35,634 bases of DNA from positions 6,437-42,070 of the forward strand of contig DFWT01000068.1 in NCBI GenBank assembly GCA_002381045.1, read 5' to 3'. Below, in pieces: positions 10,257-20,365 of the stretch. The translations under genes were made by a program, and so were the position numbers. The stretch's first letter is position 1. Each line of letters opens with the position of its first letter. A model generated the notes under the pieces. The model had not been told where the DNA came from. It worked only from the letters and a program-made list of their open reading frames with translations, and did no database searches. The DNA is from Rhodoferax sp. UBA4127 (GTDB taxonomy: Bacteria; Pseudomonadota; Gammaproteobacteria; Burkholderiales; Burkholderiaceae_C).

Positions 10257-11306
10257 GTGACCCATCCAAGCACCATTTTGGTCGGTGCCTCGGCAACCCC
10301 AGTGTTGCCGGTGTGCGACCACTACTGTGGCCAGGAAGCGCGCATGGTCAAGAGCTTGGCCTTGCAGGCTGAGTTGGCGCAGGAATTTGGTACTTGCGTG
10401 TTTGATGTCACCCTGGACTGCGAAGATGGCGCCGCGGTTGGTGCTGAGAAAGACCATGCTTTTATGGTTCAAGCCTTTGTCAATCAAACGTATGCTGCTT
10501 CAAAAAATGCAGCGAACGAGTTGATGTCACGGGTGGCTGCCCGGGTGCATCCGGTGGATCATCCGGCGTTTGCACAAGATGTGGAAATCATCGTGGGTGG
10601 CGCGGCTCAGGGCTTGTGTCATGTGATGTTGCCTAAAGTGGATTCGCGCGCTGATGTAGACCTGGCGGTGGCGGTTATTGACCGTGCGGCACAAGCGGGG
10701 GGTCGTGTGGAACCGCTGCCGGTTCACGTGCTGGTCGAGTCCCCCTTGGCGGTACACAACGTGGCAGACATCGTGTCGCATCCCAGAGTTGAATCTGCCA
10801 GTTTTGGTCTGATGGACTTTGTGTCGGCACACGGGGGCGCCATCCCGGCCAGCGCCATGGGGACATCGGCGCAAAGTCACGCCAGTGATTTGGATCAGTT
10901 CAGCCACCCACTGGTGGTGCGTGCCAAGCTTGAAATAGCGGCGGCCTGTCATGCATTTGGTAAGGTGGCATCGCATTGCGTTGTCACAGAGTTCAAAGAC
11001 AGTGCGCGTTTGGAGCAAGCCGCAAGGAAAGCAAATCAGGCATTGGGGTACGGGCGCATGTGGAGCATTCACCCTGATCAAATTCGCCCCATCCTTGCAG
11101 CGTTTGCACCGGCAGCGTCAGAAGTGGATGAAGCCAGCCAGATCATTTGCAAAGCGCATAGCCAGGATTGGGCACCGATCTCGGTGGCGGGCAAATTACA
11201 TGACCGGGCGAGTTATCGTTATTACTGGCAGGTGCTGGTACGAGCGCGTCAGACGGCGCACCTGCATGCCCTTGATCCGGCCCAGGTTTTTTTCAGTGCC
11301 CGATGA
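10257..11306 (+). CDS. HpcH/HpaI aldolase / citrate-lyase-beta (CitE-like) family protein
   Basis: [30 protein letters not shown]. Confidence 0.85.
   Translation: MTHPSTILVGASATPVLPVCDHYCGQEARMVKSLALQAELAQEFGTCVFDVTLDCEDGAAVGAEKDHAFMVQAFVNQTYAASKNAANELMSRVAARVHPVDHPAFAQDVEIIVGGAAQGLCHVMLPKVDSRADVDLAVAVIDRAAQAGGRVEPLPVHVLVESPLAVHNVADIVSHPRVESASFGLMDFVSAHGGAIPASAMGTSAQSHASDLDQFSHPLVVRAKLEIAAACHAFGKVASHCVVTEFKDSARLEQAARKANQALGYGRMWSIHPDQIRPILAAFAPAASEVDEASQIICKAHSQDWAPISVAGKLHDRASYRYYWQVLVRARQTAHLHALDPAQVFFSAR
10469..10513 (-). repeat. Dispersed 45-bp motif, copy R1 (degenerate, in-frame within CitE-like gene)
   Basis: Minus strand: GCTGCATTTTTTGAAGC AGCATACGT TTGATTGACA AAGGCTTGA. Confidence 0.55.
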
Positions 11307-11334
11307 TGCGGATTTATTCGTCATCGGCTCGAAT

Positions 11335-11379
11335 GCTATTTATTGAATAGCTGACTACCCATATTTTATAACGGCTAGA
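11335..11379 (+). repeat. Dispersed 45-bp motif, copy R2 (intergenic, upstream of acnB)
   Basis: GCTATTTATTGAATAGC TGACTACCC ATATTTTATA ACGGCTAGA. Confidence 0.8.
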
Positions 11380-11405
11380 TTCATTTTTTATTGAAGGAGT
11401 TGACC

Positions 11406-14003
11406 ATGTTGCAAGCCTACCGCGCCCATGTTGCCGAGCGCGCCGCCCTAGGAATTCCGGCGTTGCCGCTGACGGCGCAGCAAACCGCTGCGCTGATTGA
11501 GCTGCTGAAAAACCCACCCAAAGGCGAAGAGTCGTTTCTGGTGGAACTGATCACCCACCGGGTGCCTGCGGGCGTGGATGATGCGGCCAAAGTCAAGGCC
11601 AGCTACCTGGCGGCCGTGGCCCATGGCACAGAAAAATGCGCGCTCATCAGCCGCGAAAAGGCCACCGAGCTGCTCGGCACCATGCTGGGTGGTTACAACC
11701 TGACCCCACTCATCGATCTGCTCGATGACGGCGCAGTGGCTGCGGTGGCGGCCGAGGCGCTCAAAAAGACTCTGTTGATGTTTGACCAGTTCCATGACGT
11801 CAAGGAAAAGGCTGACAAGGGCAATGCGCACGCCAAGGCCGTGCTGCAGAGCTGGGCCAATGCCGAGTGGTTCACCAGCCGCCCCGAAGTGCCCAAGAGC
11901 ATCACACTGACCGTGTTGAAAGTCACTGGCGAAACCAACACCGACGATTTGTCGCCAGCACCTGATGCCTGGAGCCGCCCGGACATTCCACTGCACGCGC
12001 TCGCGATGCTCAAGAACAAGCGTGATGGCATCACCCCCGAGGAAGACGGCAAACGTGGCCCGGTCAAATTCATTGAAGACCTGCGCGCCCGTGGCAACCT
12101 GGTCGCTTATGTGGGTGATGTGGTCGGGACCGGCTCCAGTCGTAAATCTGCTACCAACAGTGTCTTGTGGTTTACAGGTGAAGACATTCCCTTTGTGCCG
12201 AACAAGCGCTTTGGTGGCGTCTGTCTGGGTGCCAAGATTGCGCCGATTTTTTACAACACCATGGAAGATGCGGGCGCGTTGCCAATCGAATTGGACGTGA
12301 GCCAAATGAACATGGGTGACACGATTGAACTGCGTCCCTACGAAGGCACCGCCCTCAAAGATGGCAAGGTGATCGCCAAGTTCACTCTCAAGAGCGAGGT
12401 ACTGTTTGACGAGGTGCGCGCTGGTGGCCGTATTCCGCTGATCATCGGCCGTGGTTTGACCGCCAAGGCACGCGAATCACTGGGCTTGCCAGTGTCGACA
12501 CTTTTCCGCCTGCCACAAAACCCCAAGGCCACCGGCAAGGGTTTCACGCTGGCGCAAAAAATGGTCGGCCGCGCCTGTGGTCTGCCAGAAGGCCAGGGCG
12601 TGCTGCCCGGCACCTACTGCGAACCGCGCATGACCTCGGTGGGCTCACAGGACACCACCGGCCCGATGACGCGCGATGAGCTCAAAGACCTGGCCTGCCT
12701 GGGTTTTTGCGCCGATCTGGTGATGCAATCTTTCTGCCACACTGCGGCCTACCCCAAGCCCGTGGACGTGAAGATGCACCATGAGTTGCCTGAGTTCATC
12801 AGCAACCGCGGTGGTATCCCGCTGCGCCCGGGTGACGGCATCATTCACAGCTGGCTCAACCGCATGTTGTTGCCTGACACCGTGGGCACCGGCGGCGACA
12901 GCCACACACGTTTCCCGATTGGCATCAGCTTCCCTGCCGGTTCAGGCTTAGTGGCGTTTGGTGCAGCCACCGGTGTGATGCCACTGGACATGCCAGAGAG
13001 CGTGCTGGTGCGCTTCAAAGGCAAGATGCAGCCTGGCATTACCTTGCGCGATCTGGTCAATGCCATTCCGCTTTACGCCATCAAGTCAGGTGAATTGACG
13101 GTTGCCAAGCAAGGCAAGAAGAACGTGTTCTCGGGCCGCATTCTCGAAATTGAAGGCTTGCCAGACCTGAAGGTTGAGCAAGCGTTTGAATTGAGCGATG
13201 CATCGGCCGAGCGCAGCGCCGCTGGTTGCACAGTGCACTTGAACAAAGAGCCAATTATTGAGTATCTCAACAGCAACATCGTGATGCTCAAATGGATGAT
13301 TGCCAACGGCTATTCCGATGTGCGCACCATCAACCGCCGGATTAAGGCCATGCAGGACTGGTTGGCCGATCCCAAGTTGATGAAGGCCGACGCCGACGCC
13401 GAGTACGCCAGCGTGATCGAAATTGATTTGGCTGACATCCACGAGCCCATCGTCGCATGCCCCAATGATCCAGACGATGTCAAGACGCTGTCCGACGTGG
13501 CAGGCGCCAAGATCGATGAGGTGTTTATTGGCTCTTGCATGACCAATATTGGCCACTTCCGCGCCGCGTCCAAACTGCTTGAAAACAAACGCGACATTCC
13601 GGTGAAACTGTGGATGGCGCCGCCAACCAAGATGGATGCCAAGCAACTGACCGAGGAGGGCCATTACGGTGTGCTGGGTTCTGCGGGTGCCCGCATGGAA
13701 ATGCCGGGGTGCAGCTTGTGCATGGGCAATCAGGCGCAGGTGAAAGAGGGTGCTACCGTGTTCTCCACCAGCACTCGCAATTTCCCGAACCGTTTGGGGA
13801 AAAACAGCTATGTGTATTTGGGTAGCGCAGAACTGGCTGCGATTTGCTCCAAGCTGGGTCGCATTCCGACCAAGGCAGAGTACTTGGCCGACATGGGTGT
13901 GTTGACTGCTGCTAGCAGCAAGATTTACCAGTACCTGAACTTTGACAAAGTGCAGGATTACACCGACGCAGCTGCCACCGTCAAGGAAGGGGCAGCTGCC
14001 TAA
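11406..14003 (+). CDS. acnB: Aconitate hydratase B (start ATG 11406)
   Basis: [54 protein letters not shown]; RBS GAAGGAG at 11393-11399. Confidence 0.98.
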   Translation: MLQAYRAHVAERAALGIPALPLTAQQTAALIELLKNPPKGEESFLVELITHRVPAGVDDAAKVKASYLAAVAHGTEKCALISREKATELLGTMLGGYNLTPLIDLLDDGAVAAVAAEALKKTLLMFDQFHDVKEKADKGNAHAKAVLQSWANAEWFTSRPEVPKSITLTVLKVTGETNTDDLSPAPDAWSRPDIPLHALAMLKNKRDGITPEEDGKRGPVKFIEDLRARGNLVAYVGDVVGTGSSRKSATNSVLWFTGEDIPFVPNKRFGGVCLGAKIAPIFYNTMEDAGALPIELDVSQMNMGDTIELRPYEGTALKDGKVIAKFTLKSEVLFDEVRAGGRIPLIIGRGLTAKARESLGLPVSTLFRLPQNPKATGKGFTLAQKMVGRACGLPEGQGVLPGTYCEPRMTSVGSQDTTGPMTRDELKDLACLGFCADLVMQSFCHTAAYPKPVDVKMHHELPEFISNRGGIPLRPGDGIIHSWLNRMLLPDTVGTGGDSHTRFPIGISFPAGSGLVAFGAATGVMPLDMPESVLVRFKGKMQPGITLRDLVNAIPLYAIKSGELTVAKQGKKNVFSGRILEIEGLPDLKVEQAFELSDASAERSAAGCTVHLNKEPIIEYLNSNIVMLKWMIANGYSDVRTINRRIKAMQDWLADPKLMKADADAEYASVIEIDLADIHEPIVACPNDPDDVKTLSDVAGAKIDEVFIGSCMTNIGHFRAASKLLENKRDIPVKLWMAPPTKMDAKQLTEEGHYGVLGSAGARMEMPGCSLCMGNQAQVKEGATVFSTSTRNFPNRLGKNSYVYLGSAELAAICSKLGRIPTKAEYLADMGVLTAASSKIYQYLNFDKVQDYTDAAATVKEGAAA

Positions 14004-14053
14004 CCGCTGGCTGGTGATTTAGGGCGATGTCATCGCATCGCCAAATACAAATG

Positions 14054-14089
14054 AAGCGCCCCGTGGCTTTGGTCTCGGGGCGTTTTTTT
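14054..14089 (+). terminator. Rho-independent terminator after acnB
   Basis: GCGCCCCG / CGGGGCGT stem followed by T-run. Confidence 0.88.
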
Positions 14090-14125
14090 GTGGAAAGAAG
14101 CGCAACCTGACGGTTAAACTCTTCA

Positions 14126-14154
14126 ATGTCATCAATCTGTCATGGTGATGACAT
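14126..14154 (+). promoter_or_regulatory. Pho box (three 11-bp-period units)
   Basis: ATGTCAT-caat-CTGTCAT-ggtg-ATGACAT against the PhoB unit CTGTCAT; upstream of phosphate transport genes. Confidence 0.75.
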
Positions 14155-14171
14155 CGATTGAAGGAGCTCCT

Positions 14172-14819
14172 GTGTTTTTTGGCAAATTGCTACCGCGCGA
14201 CACTAGTTTTTTTATTCTGTTTGACCAGCATGCGGACCACATCGTCGCCGCAGCCCATGCGTTTTCAAAGCTGGTTGCCAATTACGCTGATCTGGAGCTT
14301 CGCGAGAAATACCACATTGAGGTCAATCGCGCTGAAGGTGCCGCTGACCGCGTGACCCACGAGGTGAACAAGGCCCTGCATAAAACCTTTATCACGCCGA
14401 TCGATCGCGAACAAATTCATGGCCTGATCAACACCATGGATGACGTGGCTGACCTGATTCAGGATTCTGCGGAAACCATGGCCTTGTATGACGTGCGGCA
14501 CATGACTGAAGAGATTTCTCGTCTCACGGATTTGAGTGTGAAGTGCTGCGAACGTGTGCGTGATGCGGTGAACCTGCTCAGCAAAATTGCTGAAGCTTCA
14601 ACCGCCGAGGCAGCACTTAAAACCTGCGATGAAATTGACAAGCTCGAAAGCGATGCAGACCGTGTGATGCGCACCGCGATGAGCAAACTCTTCCGCGAGG
14701 AGCCTGATGTGCGGGAAGTGATCAAACTCAAGGCGATTTACGAACTGTTGGAAACCATCACCGACAAGTGCGAGGATGTAGCGAATTTGATCGAGGGCGT
14801 GATCCTCGAGAATTCCTGA
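14172..14819 (+). CDS. DUF47 (PhoU-like) Pit accessory protein; GTG start
   Basis: AAGGAG at 14161-14166; ExxADxxxH, TFITPIDRE, LETITDKCEDVA; directly precedes pit. Confidence 0.92.
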   Translation: MFFGKLLPRDTSFFILFDQHADHIVAAAHAFSKLVANYADLELREKYHIEVNRAEGAADRVTHEVNKALHKTFITPIDREQIHGLINTMDDVADLIQDSAETMALYDVRHMTEEISRLTDLSVKCCERVRDAVNLLSKIAEASTAEAALKTCDEIDKLESDADRVMRTAMSKLFREEPDVREVIKLKAIYELLETITDKCEDVANLIEGVILENS

Positions 14820-14838
14820 GCCACAGCGGGGCGGATTG

Positions 14839-15849
14839 ATGGAAACAACGCAAGCAGCGCTGTGGGTGGTCATTGTTCTGGTGGCGATGGCTGTGGTGTT
14901 CGACTTCATGAACGGGTTTCATGATGCGGCAAATTCCATTGCCACCGTGGTGTCTACCGGCGTTTTGAAACCAGGGCAGGCGGTCGTCTTTGCGGCATTT
15001 TTCAACGTCGTGGCCATTTTTGTGTTTCACCTCAGCGTGGCGGCGACAGTAGGCAAAGGCATCGTGATGCCAGGCATTGTGGACACGCATGTGGTGTTTG
15101 GTGCGTTGGTCGGTGCGATCACATGGAATTTCATCACTTGGTACTATGGTATTCCCAGCAGTTCATCGCATGCTCTTATAGGTGGCATTGCAGGCGCAGC
15201 CATTGCAAAAGCGGGTGTGGCGTCGTTAATCGTGGCGGGCATCATGAAAACAGTGGTGTTCATCTTTGTTTCACCGCTGCTCGGGTTTCTTCTGGGCTCC
15301 GTCATGATGGTGCTGGTGTCGTGGAGCTTTCGGGGTTTTAGGCCGCTCAAGGTGGACAAATGGTTCAGGCGTTTGCAGCTGATTTCGGCCGGTGCCTACA
15401 GCCTGGGTCATGGGGGTAACGACGCGCAAAAAACCATTGGCATCATTTGGATGTTGCTGATTGCCACCGGCTATACAGCAGCTGGCGACAAATCACCACC
15501 CAGTTGGGTCGTTTTGGTGTGTTATTCGGCGATTGGTTTGGGCACCATGTTTGGCGGTTGGCGCATTGTCAAAACCATGGGGCAAAAAATTACCAAGCTC
15601 AAACCAGTTGGGGGGTTTTGCGCCGAAACGGGTGGGGCGATTACATTGTTTTTGGCAACCGCCTTGGGAATTCCAGTCTCAACGACACACACGATCACAG
15701 GCGCCATTGTGGGTGTGGGCGCCACGCGGCGTGCCAGTGCGGTGCGCTGGGGCGTGGCGGCCAATATCATCTGGGCCTGGATTTTGACGATCCCAGCCAC
15801 CGCCTTCATGGCGGCAGTGGCCTACTGGGTCAGCATTCAGGTGTTTTGA
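14839..15849 (+). CDS. pit: PiT-family inorganic phosphate transporter
   Basis: GFHDAANSIAT, PSSSSHALIG, HGGNDAQK, PVSTTH. Confidence 0.95.
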   Translation: METTQAALWVVIVLVAMAVVFDFMNGFHDAANSIATVVSTGVLKPGQAVVFAAFFNVVAIFVFHLSVAATVGKGIVMPGIVDTHVVFGALVGAITWNFITWYYGIPSSSSHALIGGIAGAAIAKAGVASLIVAGIMKTVVFIFVSPLLGFLLGSVMMVLVSWSFRGFRPLKVDKWFRRLQLISAGAYSLGHGGNDAQKTIGIIWMLLIATGYTAAGDKSPPSWVVLVCYSAIGLGTMFGGWRIVKTMGQKITKLKPVGGFCAETGGAITLFLATALGIPVSTTHTITGAIVGVGATRRASAVRWGVAANIIWAWILTIPATAFMAAVAYWVSIQVF

Positions 15850-15862
15850 CGGTGATCCACTC

Positions 15863-16384
15863 TTAGGCTGGTGAGGTTGCATCACCTAGGCCCAGGGCCT
15901 TGTCCATCAGCACCACGTCCAGCCAACGCTCGAATTTCCATCCGCAGGAGGCCAGTGTCCCTACCTGCTGGAAACCGGCACTGCGGTGCACCCCGATCGA
16001 TCCCAGGTTGTTGGAGTCACCAATCACCGCAATCAGCTTGCGTACGCCGGCGCGCTCGGCCTGATTGCACAACTCGGCGAGCAACGCACGACCTAGACCG
16101 GAACCGATGGCATCAGGTGCCAGGTAAATCGAGTCCTCGGCTGAAAAGCGATAGGCTGGCCTTGGCTTGAACCAGTTGCAGTAGGCAAAACCCAGCAACC
16201 GGTCGCCATCGGCTGCGACGAGGTAGGGCAAGCCTTTGCCCAAGACATCGGCCCGCCGCTGCGTCATATCGGTTTCGGTGGGTGGTTCGACCTCGAACGT
16301 ACCCGTGCCATGCAAGACATGGTGTTGGTAGATGGCGGTGATTTGTGCAATATCGATACTTTGGCTGGGGCGAATGATTGGCAT
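15863..16384 (-). CDS. GNAT N-acetyltransferase, phosphinothricin/methionine-sulfoximine acetyltransferase-like (YncA/Pat family)
   Basis: TFEVEPP, RPAYRFSAEDSIY, GxGLG, NxxSIGVH, GWKFERWLD. Confidence 0.88.
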   Translation of the reverse strand: MPIIRPSQSIDIAQITAIYQHHVLHGTGTFEVEPPTETDMTQRRADVLGKGLPYLVAADGDRLLGFAYCNWFKPRPAYRFSAEDSIYLAPDAIGSGLGRALLAELCNQAERAGVRKLIAVIGDSNNLGSIGVHRSAGFQQVGTLASCGWKFERWLDVVLMDKALGLGDATSPA

Positions 16385-16405
16385 GGCGTGTGGAGTCGAT
16401 ATAAT
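16378..16405 (+). promoter_or_regulatory. Sigma70-like promoter of the rpsP operon, overlapping the GNAT start codon
   Basis: TTGGCA (16378-16383), 16 nt, TATAAT (16400-16405). Confidence 0.55.
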
Positions 16406-16513
16406 CTAAGGTTTTCGCCGTGTCGCACAGCTGGGTGGTTGTGTTGCGTGTCTCAAACGTCGAAATTTTGTCAATTGTCGTAGAACTCTGTTCTGCCCCC
16501 CAAAGGATTAATC

Positions 16514-16765
16514 ATGGTCGTCATTCGACTCGCCCGTGGCGGTGCTAAAGCTCGCCCGTTTTTCAACATTGTGGTCGCTGACAAGCGTACCCGCCGTGAT
16601 GGCCGTTTCATCGAGCGCATTGGTTTTTACAACCCGATAGCGACTGCCAATGAAGAAAGCATCCGCATCGCACAGGATCGCCTGACCTACTGGCGTAGCG
16701 TGGGTGCCCAAGCGTCTCCGACCGTGGAGCGTCTGGTCAATCAAGCGGCCAAAAAAGCTGCCTGA
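16514..16765 (+). CDS. rpsP: 30S ribosomal protein S16
   Basis: [25 protein letters not shown]. Confidence 0.98.
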   Translation: MVVIRLARGGAKARPFFNIVVADKRTRRDGRFIERIGFYNPIATANEESIRIAQDRLTYWRSVGAQASPTVERLVNQAAKKAA

Positions 16766-16773
16766 TCAACACC

Positions 16774-17337
16774 ATGTTGCCCGGCTTGGAGGCCGCCGAA
16801 TTGCCGGCGGATGCCATCGAAGTCGGGCGTATCCTTGATGGTTGGGGTATCAAGGGCTGGTTCAAAGTACTCCCCTACAGCGCCGACCCCGAGGCGCTTT
16901 TTTCTTCCAAGCGCTGGTTTTTGCTGCCCACTGAAAAAGGTCAAAAGACGTTTTCTGGCACGGGCAGACTGAAGATCAAAGAGGCCAAATTTCACTCCGA
17001 CTCAGTGGTGGCCTGTGCCCATGACATTGATGATCGCAATGCGGCAGATGCCTTGCGAGGTGCGCGCATTTTTGTGTCACGTGAGAGCTTTCCAACCGCC
17101 CAGAAAGACGAGTACTACTGGGTCGACTTGATTGGGCTTGACGTGGTCAACCGAGAAGGGCAAAACTTGGGTCAGGTGCGTGAATTGCTCTCAACCGGCC
17201 CGCAAACCGTGTTGGTGATCGACGAGGTTCTGCCAGAGCAAACGGTGCAGCGCATGATCCCCTTTGTGTCGGCTTACATCGACGATGTGAAGCTGCCTGA
17301 GCGGCGCATTCTGGTGGACTGGCAACCGGATTACTGA
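16774..17337 (+). CDS. rimM: Ribosome maturation factor RimM
   Basis: GRIxxxWGIKGW, EYYWVDLIG, IPFV; operon position. Confidence 0.96.
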   Translation: MLPGLEAAELPADAIEVGRILDGWGIKGWFKVLPYSADPEALFSSKRWFLLPTEKGQKTFSGTGRLKIKEAKFHSDSVVACAHDIDDRNAADALRGARIFVSRESFPTAQKDEYYWVDLIGLDVVNREGQNLGQVRELLSTGPQTVLVIDEVLPEQTVQRMIPFVSAYIDDVKLPERRILVDWQPDY

Positions 17338-17346
17338 GGCCGAGTC

Positions 17347-18114
17347 ATGCGCTTTGATGTTGTGACGCTGTTTCCGGAGTTGTTTGGACCCATGCTCACC
17401 GTGGGCATCACCCGCAGAGCGTTTGAATCTGGCCAAGTGGAGGTCCATCTGCACAACCCACGGGACTTCGCCGACGGCAATTACCGCCGGGTGGATGACC
17501 GGCCATTTGGTGGTGGTCCGGGCATGGTGATGATGGCCGAACCGTTGGCAAAGTGCGTGGAGTTCATTTGCAACGCCAGACAAGACTCGGCGCCGGTGGT
17601 TCTTTTTTCTCCGGTTGGCAATGTGCTGGACCACACCGGTGTGGTGAGGTGGTCCACCAGTGCCGGTGCAGTGCTGATTTGTGGCCGTTACGAAGGTGTT
17701 GACCAACGGTTTATTGACGCCTTTGTCACCGAGCAGATCAGTTTGGGTGATTTTGTGTTGTCTGGCGGTGAGATTGCCGCCATGGCTTTGCTCGATTCGT
17801 TGGCCAGGTTGCAGCCCGGAGTACTCGGTGACGCCGACAGCCATGCGCAGGACAGTTTTAATCCGGAGCTTGATGGGCTTCTGGATTGCCCGCATTTCAC
17901 CCGGCCAGAAACCTGGCAAGGTCAAACTGTGCCCGACGTGCTGCTTGGGGGGCACCACCTGAACATTGAGCGCTGGCGCCGTGGCCAGCGTCTCCAACTC
18001 ACTGGACGTGAACGCCCCGATTTGGTTGATCAAGCTCGCTCGGCGGGGCGGCTGAGCGATGCCGATGAAAAGCTTTTGGCAGGCTATAATGGCGGGCTAA
18101 TCGATCCTCTGTAG
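17347..18114 (+). CDS. trmD: tRNA (guanine37-N1)-methyltransferase
   Basis: VDDRPFGGGPGMVM, CGRYEGVDQR, SLGDFVLSGGE. Confidence 0.98.
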   Translation: MRFDVVTLFPELFGPMLTVGITRRAFESGQVEVHLHNPRDFADGNYRRVDDRPFGGGPGMVMMAEPLAKCVEFICNARQDSAPVVLFSPVGNVLDHTGVVRWSTSAGAVLICGRYEGVDQRFIDAFVTEQISLGDFVLSGGEIAAMALLDSLARLQPGVLGDADSHAQDSFNPELDGLLDCPHFTRPETWQGQTVPDVLLGGHHLNIERWRRGQRLQLTGRERPDLVDQARSAGRLSDADEKLLAGYNGGLIDPL

Positions 18115-18182
18115 GGCCGCTGCGCACGCCGCAGCACGCATCATGGTGATGCTGGCGCCTGCATGATCACTGAAAGACTGTC

Positions 18183-18569
18183 ATGAACCTGATTCAAATC
18201 CTTGAGCAAGAAGAAATTGCTCGCCTTAACAAAACCATTCCCGACTTTGGCCCGGGCGACACCGTGGTAGTGAACCTGAATGTGGTTGAAGGTACCCGCA
18301 AGCGTATCCAGGCCTACGAAGGTGTGGTGATCGCCAAGCGCAACCGTGGCCTCAACAGTGGTTTCACCGTGCGCAAAATCTCCAGCGGCGAAGGCGTTGA
18401 GCGTACCTTCCAAACCTACAGCCCGCTGATTGCCAGCATCGAAGTCAAGCGCCGTGGTGATGTGCGCCGCGCCAAGCTGTACTACCTGCGTGACCGCAGT
18501 GGCAAGTCGGCGCGTATCAAAGAAAAGCTGCCAGCCCGTAAAGTTGCTACCGCTGCGGCTGCCGTTTGA
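18183..18569 (+). CDS. rplS: 50S ribosomal protein L19
   Basis: [38 protein letters not shown]. Confidence 0.98.
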   Translation: MNLIQILEQEEIARLNKTIPDFGPGDTVVVNLNVVEGTRKRIQAYEGVVIAKRNRGLNSGFTVRKISSGEGVERTFQTYSPLIASIEVKRRGDVRRAKLYYLRDRSGKSARIKEKLPARKVATAAAAV

Positions 18570-18593
18570 TCTGATTCAAGCGCACAATAAAAC

Positions 18594-18624
18594 AACCGCC
18601 CGGCTCGCTGTGGCGGTTTTTTTT
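18594..18624 (+). terminator. Rho-independent terminator after rplS
   Basis: AACCGCC / GGCGGTT stem followed by T-run. Confidence 0.85.
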
Positions 18625-18649
18625 CGTCTGCCTGCTCTTATTGTTTGCC

Positions 18650-19321
18650 ATGACCGCGCCTCAGTTTGATCCACGCTTGGTTCCTGTGACCCAGGTGGAC
18701 TCCCATTTGCAGGCAGTCAGTCTGGCAGCGATGCAGCCGCAGGCGTTGCGCTCACGATTTGCCTCGCCCCCACCATGGCAACCGGAATTGGTTGCTGAAA
18801 AGAAGTTCATTGATCGCCAGCCGATGCCTGCTGCGGTACTGATTCCGCTGGTCATGCGCGCCGAGCCGACGGTGCTGCTCACCTTGCGCACCAGCCATTT
18901 ATCCACCCATTCGGGGCAGATTGCGTTCCCGGGTGGCAAAGTAGATTTGACGGATGCAGATGTGGTGGCCGCCGCCATGCGTGAGGCGCAGGAGGAGATC
19001 GGCTTGCAACCTACTACCCTTGAGGTTTTGGGTCAACTGCCGGAGTACATCACTGGCTCCGTTTTCCATGTCACACCCGTCGTTGCTCTGGTGAGGTCAG
19101 ACTTTTCAGCGGTTGCCAACCCCGATGAGGTGGCGGATATGTTTGAAGTTCCGCTGGCCTTTTTGATGAATCCGACCAACCACCGGCACCATCAGGTGCA
19201 ATGGCAAGGGGTACAACGCGAATGGCTCTCCATGCCCTACCATGATGGCGTGACCGAGCGCTTCATTTGGGGGGCAACTGCTGGCATGTTACGCAACTTG
19301 TACCGTTTTTTATTGGCATAG
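18650..19321 (+). CDS. Nudix CoA pyrophosphatase (NudL-like)
   Basis: LLTxR...HSGQIAFPGG and Nudix box AMREAQEEIGL; IWGATAGML. Confidence 0.9.
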   Translation: MTAPQFDPRLVPVTQVDSHLQAVSLAAMQPQALRSRFASPPPWQPELVAEKKFIDRQPMPAAVLIPLVMRAEPTVLLTLRTSHLSTHSGQIAFPGGKVDLTDADVVAAAMREAQEEIGLQPTTLEVLGQLPEYITGSVFHVTPVVALVRSDFSAVANPDEVADMFEVPLAFLMNPTNHRHHQVQWQGVQREWLSMPYHDGVTERFIWGATAGMLRNLYRFLLA

Positions 19322-19345
19322 AGGCACTGCCGCTATGATGATTGC

Positions 19346-20308
19346 ATGAGCTTTATCTCTGTTTTGTTTGCCTTGCTGCTTGATCAGGCACGTCCCTTGG
19401 GACCGGGCAATTCGGTTCATGCGGGAATGCGTGCCTGGGTGCGTTGGTGCAGCCGCAATTTCGATGCTGGAAAGGCCAGCCATGCCGGATTGGCCTGGAG
19501 TGTTGCGGTGTTAGGGCCGTCGGTTTTGTCTTTGTTGATTTACTGGATGTTGGTGGCTTTGGTGGGTTGGCCATTGGGCGTGTTGTGGAGCGCTCTGGTG
19601 CTGTATGCCTCTTTGGGGTTTCGTCAATTCAGCTTTCATTTCACCCAAATCCGTGATGCGTTGCTGGCCGATGATGAAGTGCTGGCCCGCAAACATCTGA
19701 GTGACTGGCAGCGCTTCGACGCGCAGCAAGGGACGCGCAGCCAGATGATTGGCCGGGTGCTTGAGTTTTCTGTCTGGGCCGCACATCGCCATGTGTTTGG
19801 TGTGTTGGCCTGGTTTTCGGTTTTGGCGGCGTTTGGACTGGGTCCGACAGGTGCCGTACTGTTTAGGCTTAGTGAGTTTGTGGCGCGCTATTGGCAGCGT
19901 CAAAGCGAGGCGCACCAGCAACCCGTGAGCGCGGCACTGAAGACCCACGCACATGTGGCTTGGCAGTGGGTGGACTGGGTCCCGGCCCGTATCACTGCGT
20001 TCGGATTCGCCGTAGTGGGTAACTTCGAGGAAGCCGTCGATGGCTGGCGCAGGTACGCTGAGCAATCCCAGTCGCACAGCGATGGCGTGCTGCTGGCGGC
20101 GGCGGCAGGTGCCATGAACGTTGCCTTGCCGAGTTTGGATGTGATCAACGCGCAGGCCGCCACGGGTGGTGGGGAAATCAATCGCAATGCCCAAAGGCCC
20201 GCGCCAGAATTGGCACATCTGGCAATTCTGGTGGGTTTGCTTTGGCGCGCTGTGGTGATGTGGATCGTGCTGCTGGCGCTGCTGACCATGGCCCGTTTGC
20301 TGGGTTGA
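19346..20308 (+). CDS. CobD/CbiB-AmpE family membrane protein
   Basis: Hydrophobic protein with AR-x-x-L, HRHVFGV-x-x-W, GPxGA, DWVPAR, VGNFE. Confidence 0.8.
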   Translation: MSFISVLFALLLDQARPLGPGNSVHAGMRAWVRWCSRNFDAGKASHAGLAWSVAVLGPSVLSLLIYWMLVALVGWPLGVLWSALVLYASLGFRQFSFHFTQIRDALLADDEVLARKHLSDWQRFDAQQGTRSQMIGRVLEFSVWAAHRHVFGVLAWFSVLAAFGLGPTGAVLFRLSEFVARYWQRQSEAHQQPVSAALKTHAHVAWQWVDWVPARITAFGFAVVGNFEEAVDGWRRYAEQSQSHSDGVLLAAAAGAMNVALPSLDVINAQAATGGGEINRNAQRPAPELAHLAILVGLLWRAVVMWIVLLALLTMARLLG

Positions 20309-20365
20309 GTGGTGCCGCTGGTCCACCAAAGTGGTTTAAAACCTTGAAATAAAGCGCGCAGCCCC

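Noticed and set aside
13807-13826. GCTATGTGTATTTGGGTAGC inverted repeat in acnB
   Set aside because: 20 nt instead of 17, no GGGCTAGA block at the expected distance, and explained by conserved AcnB coding.
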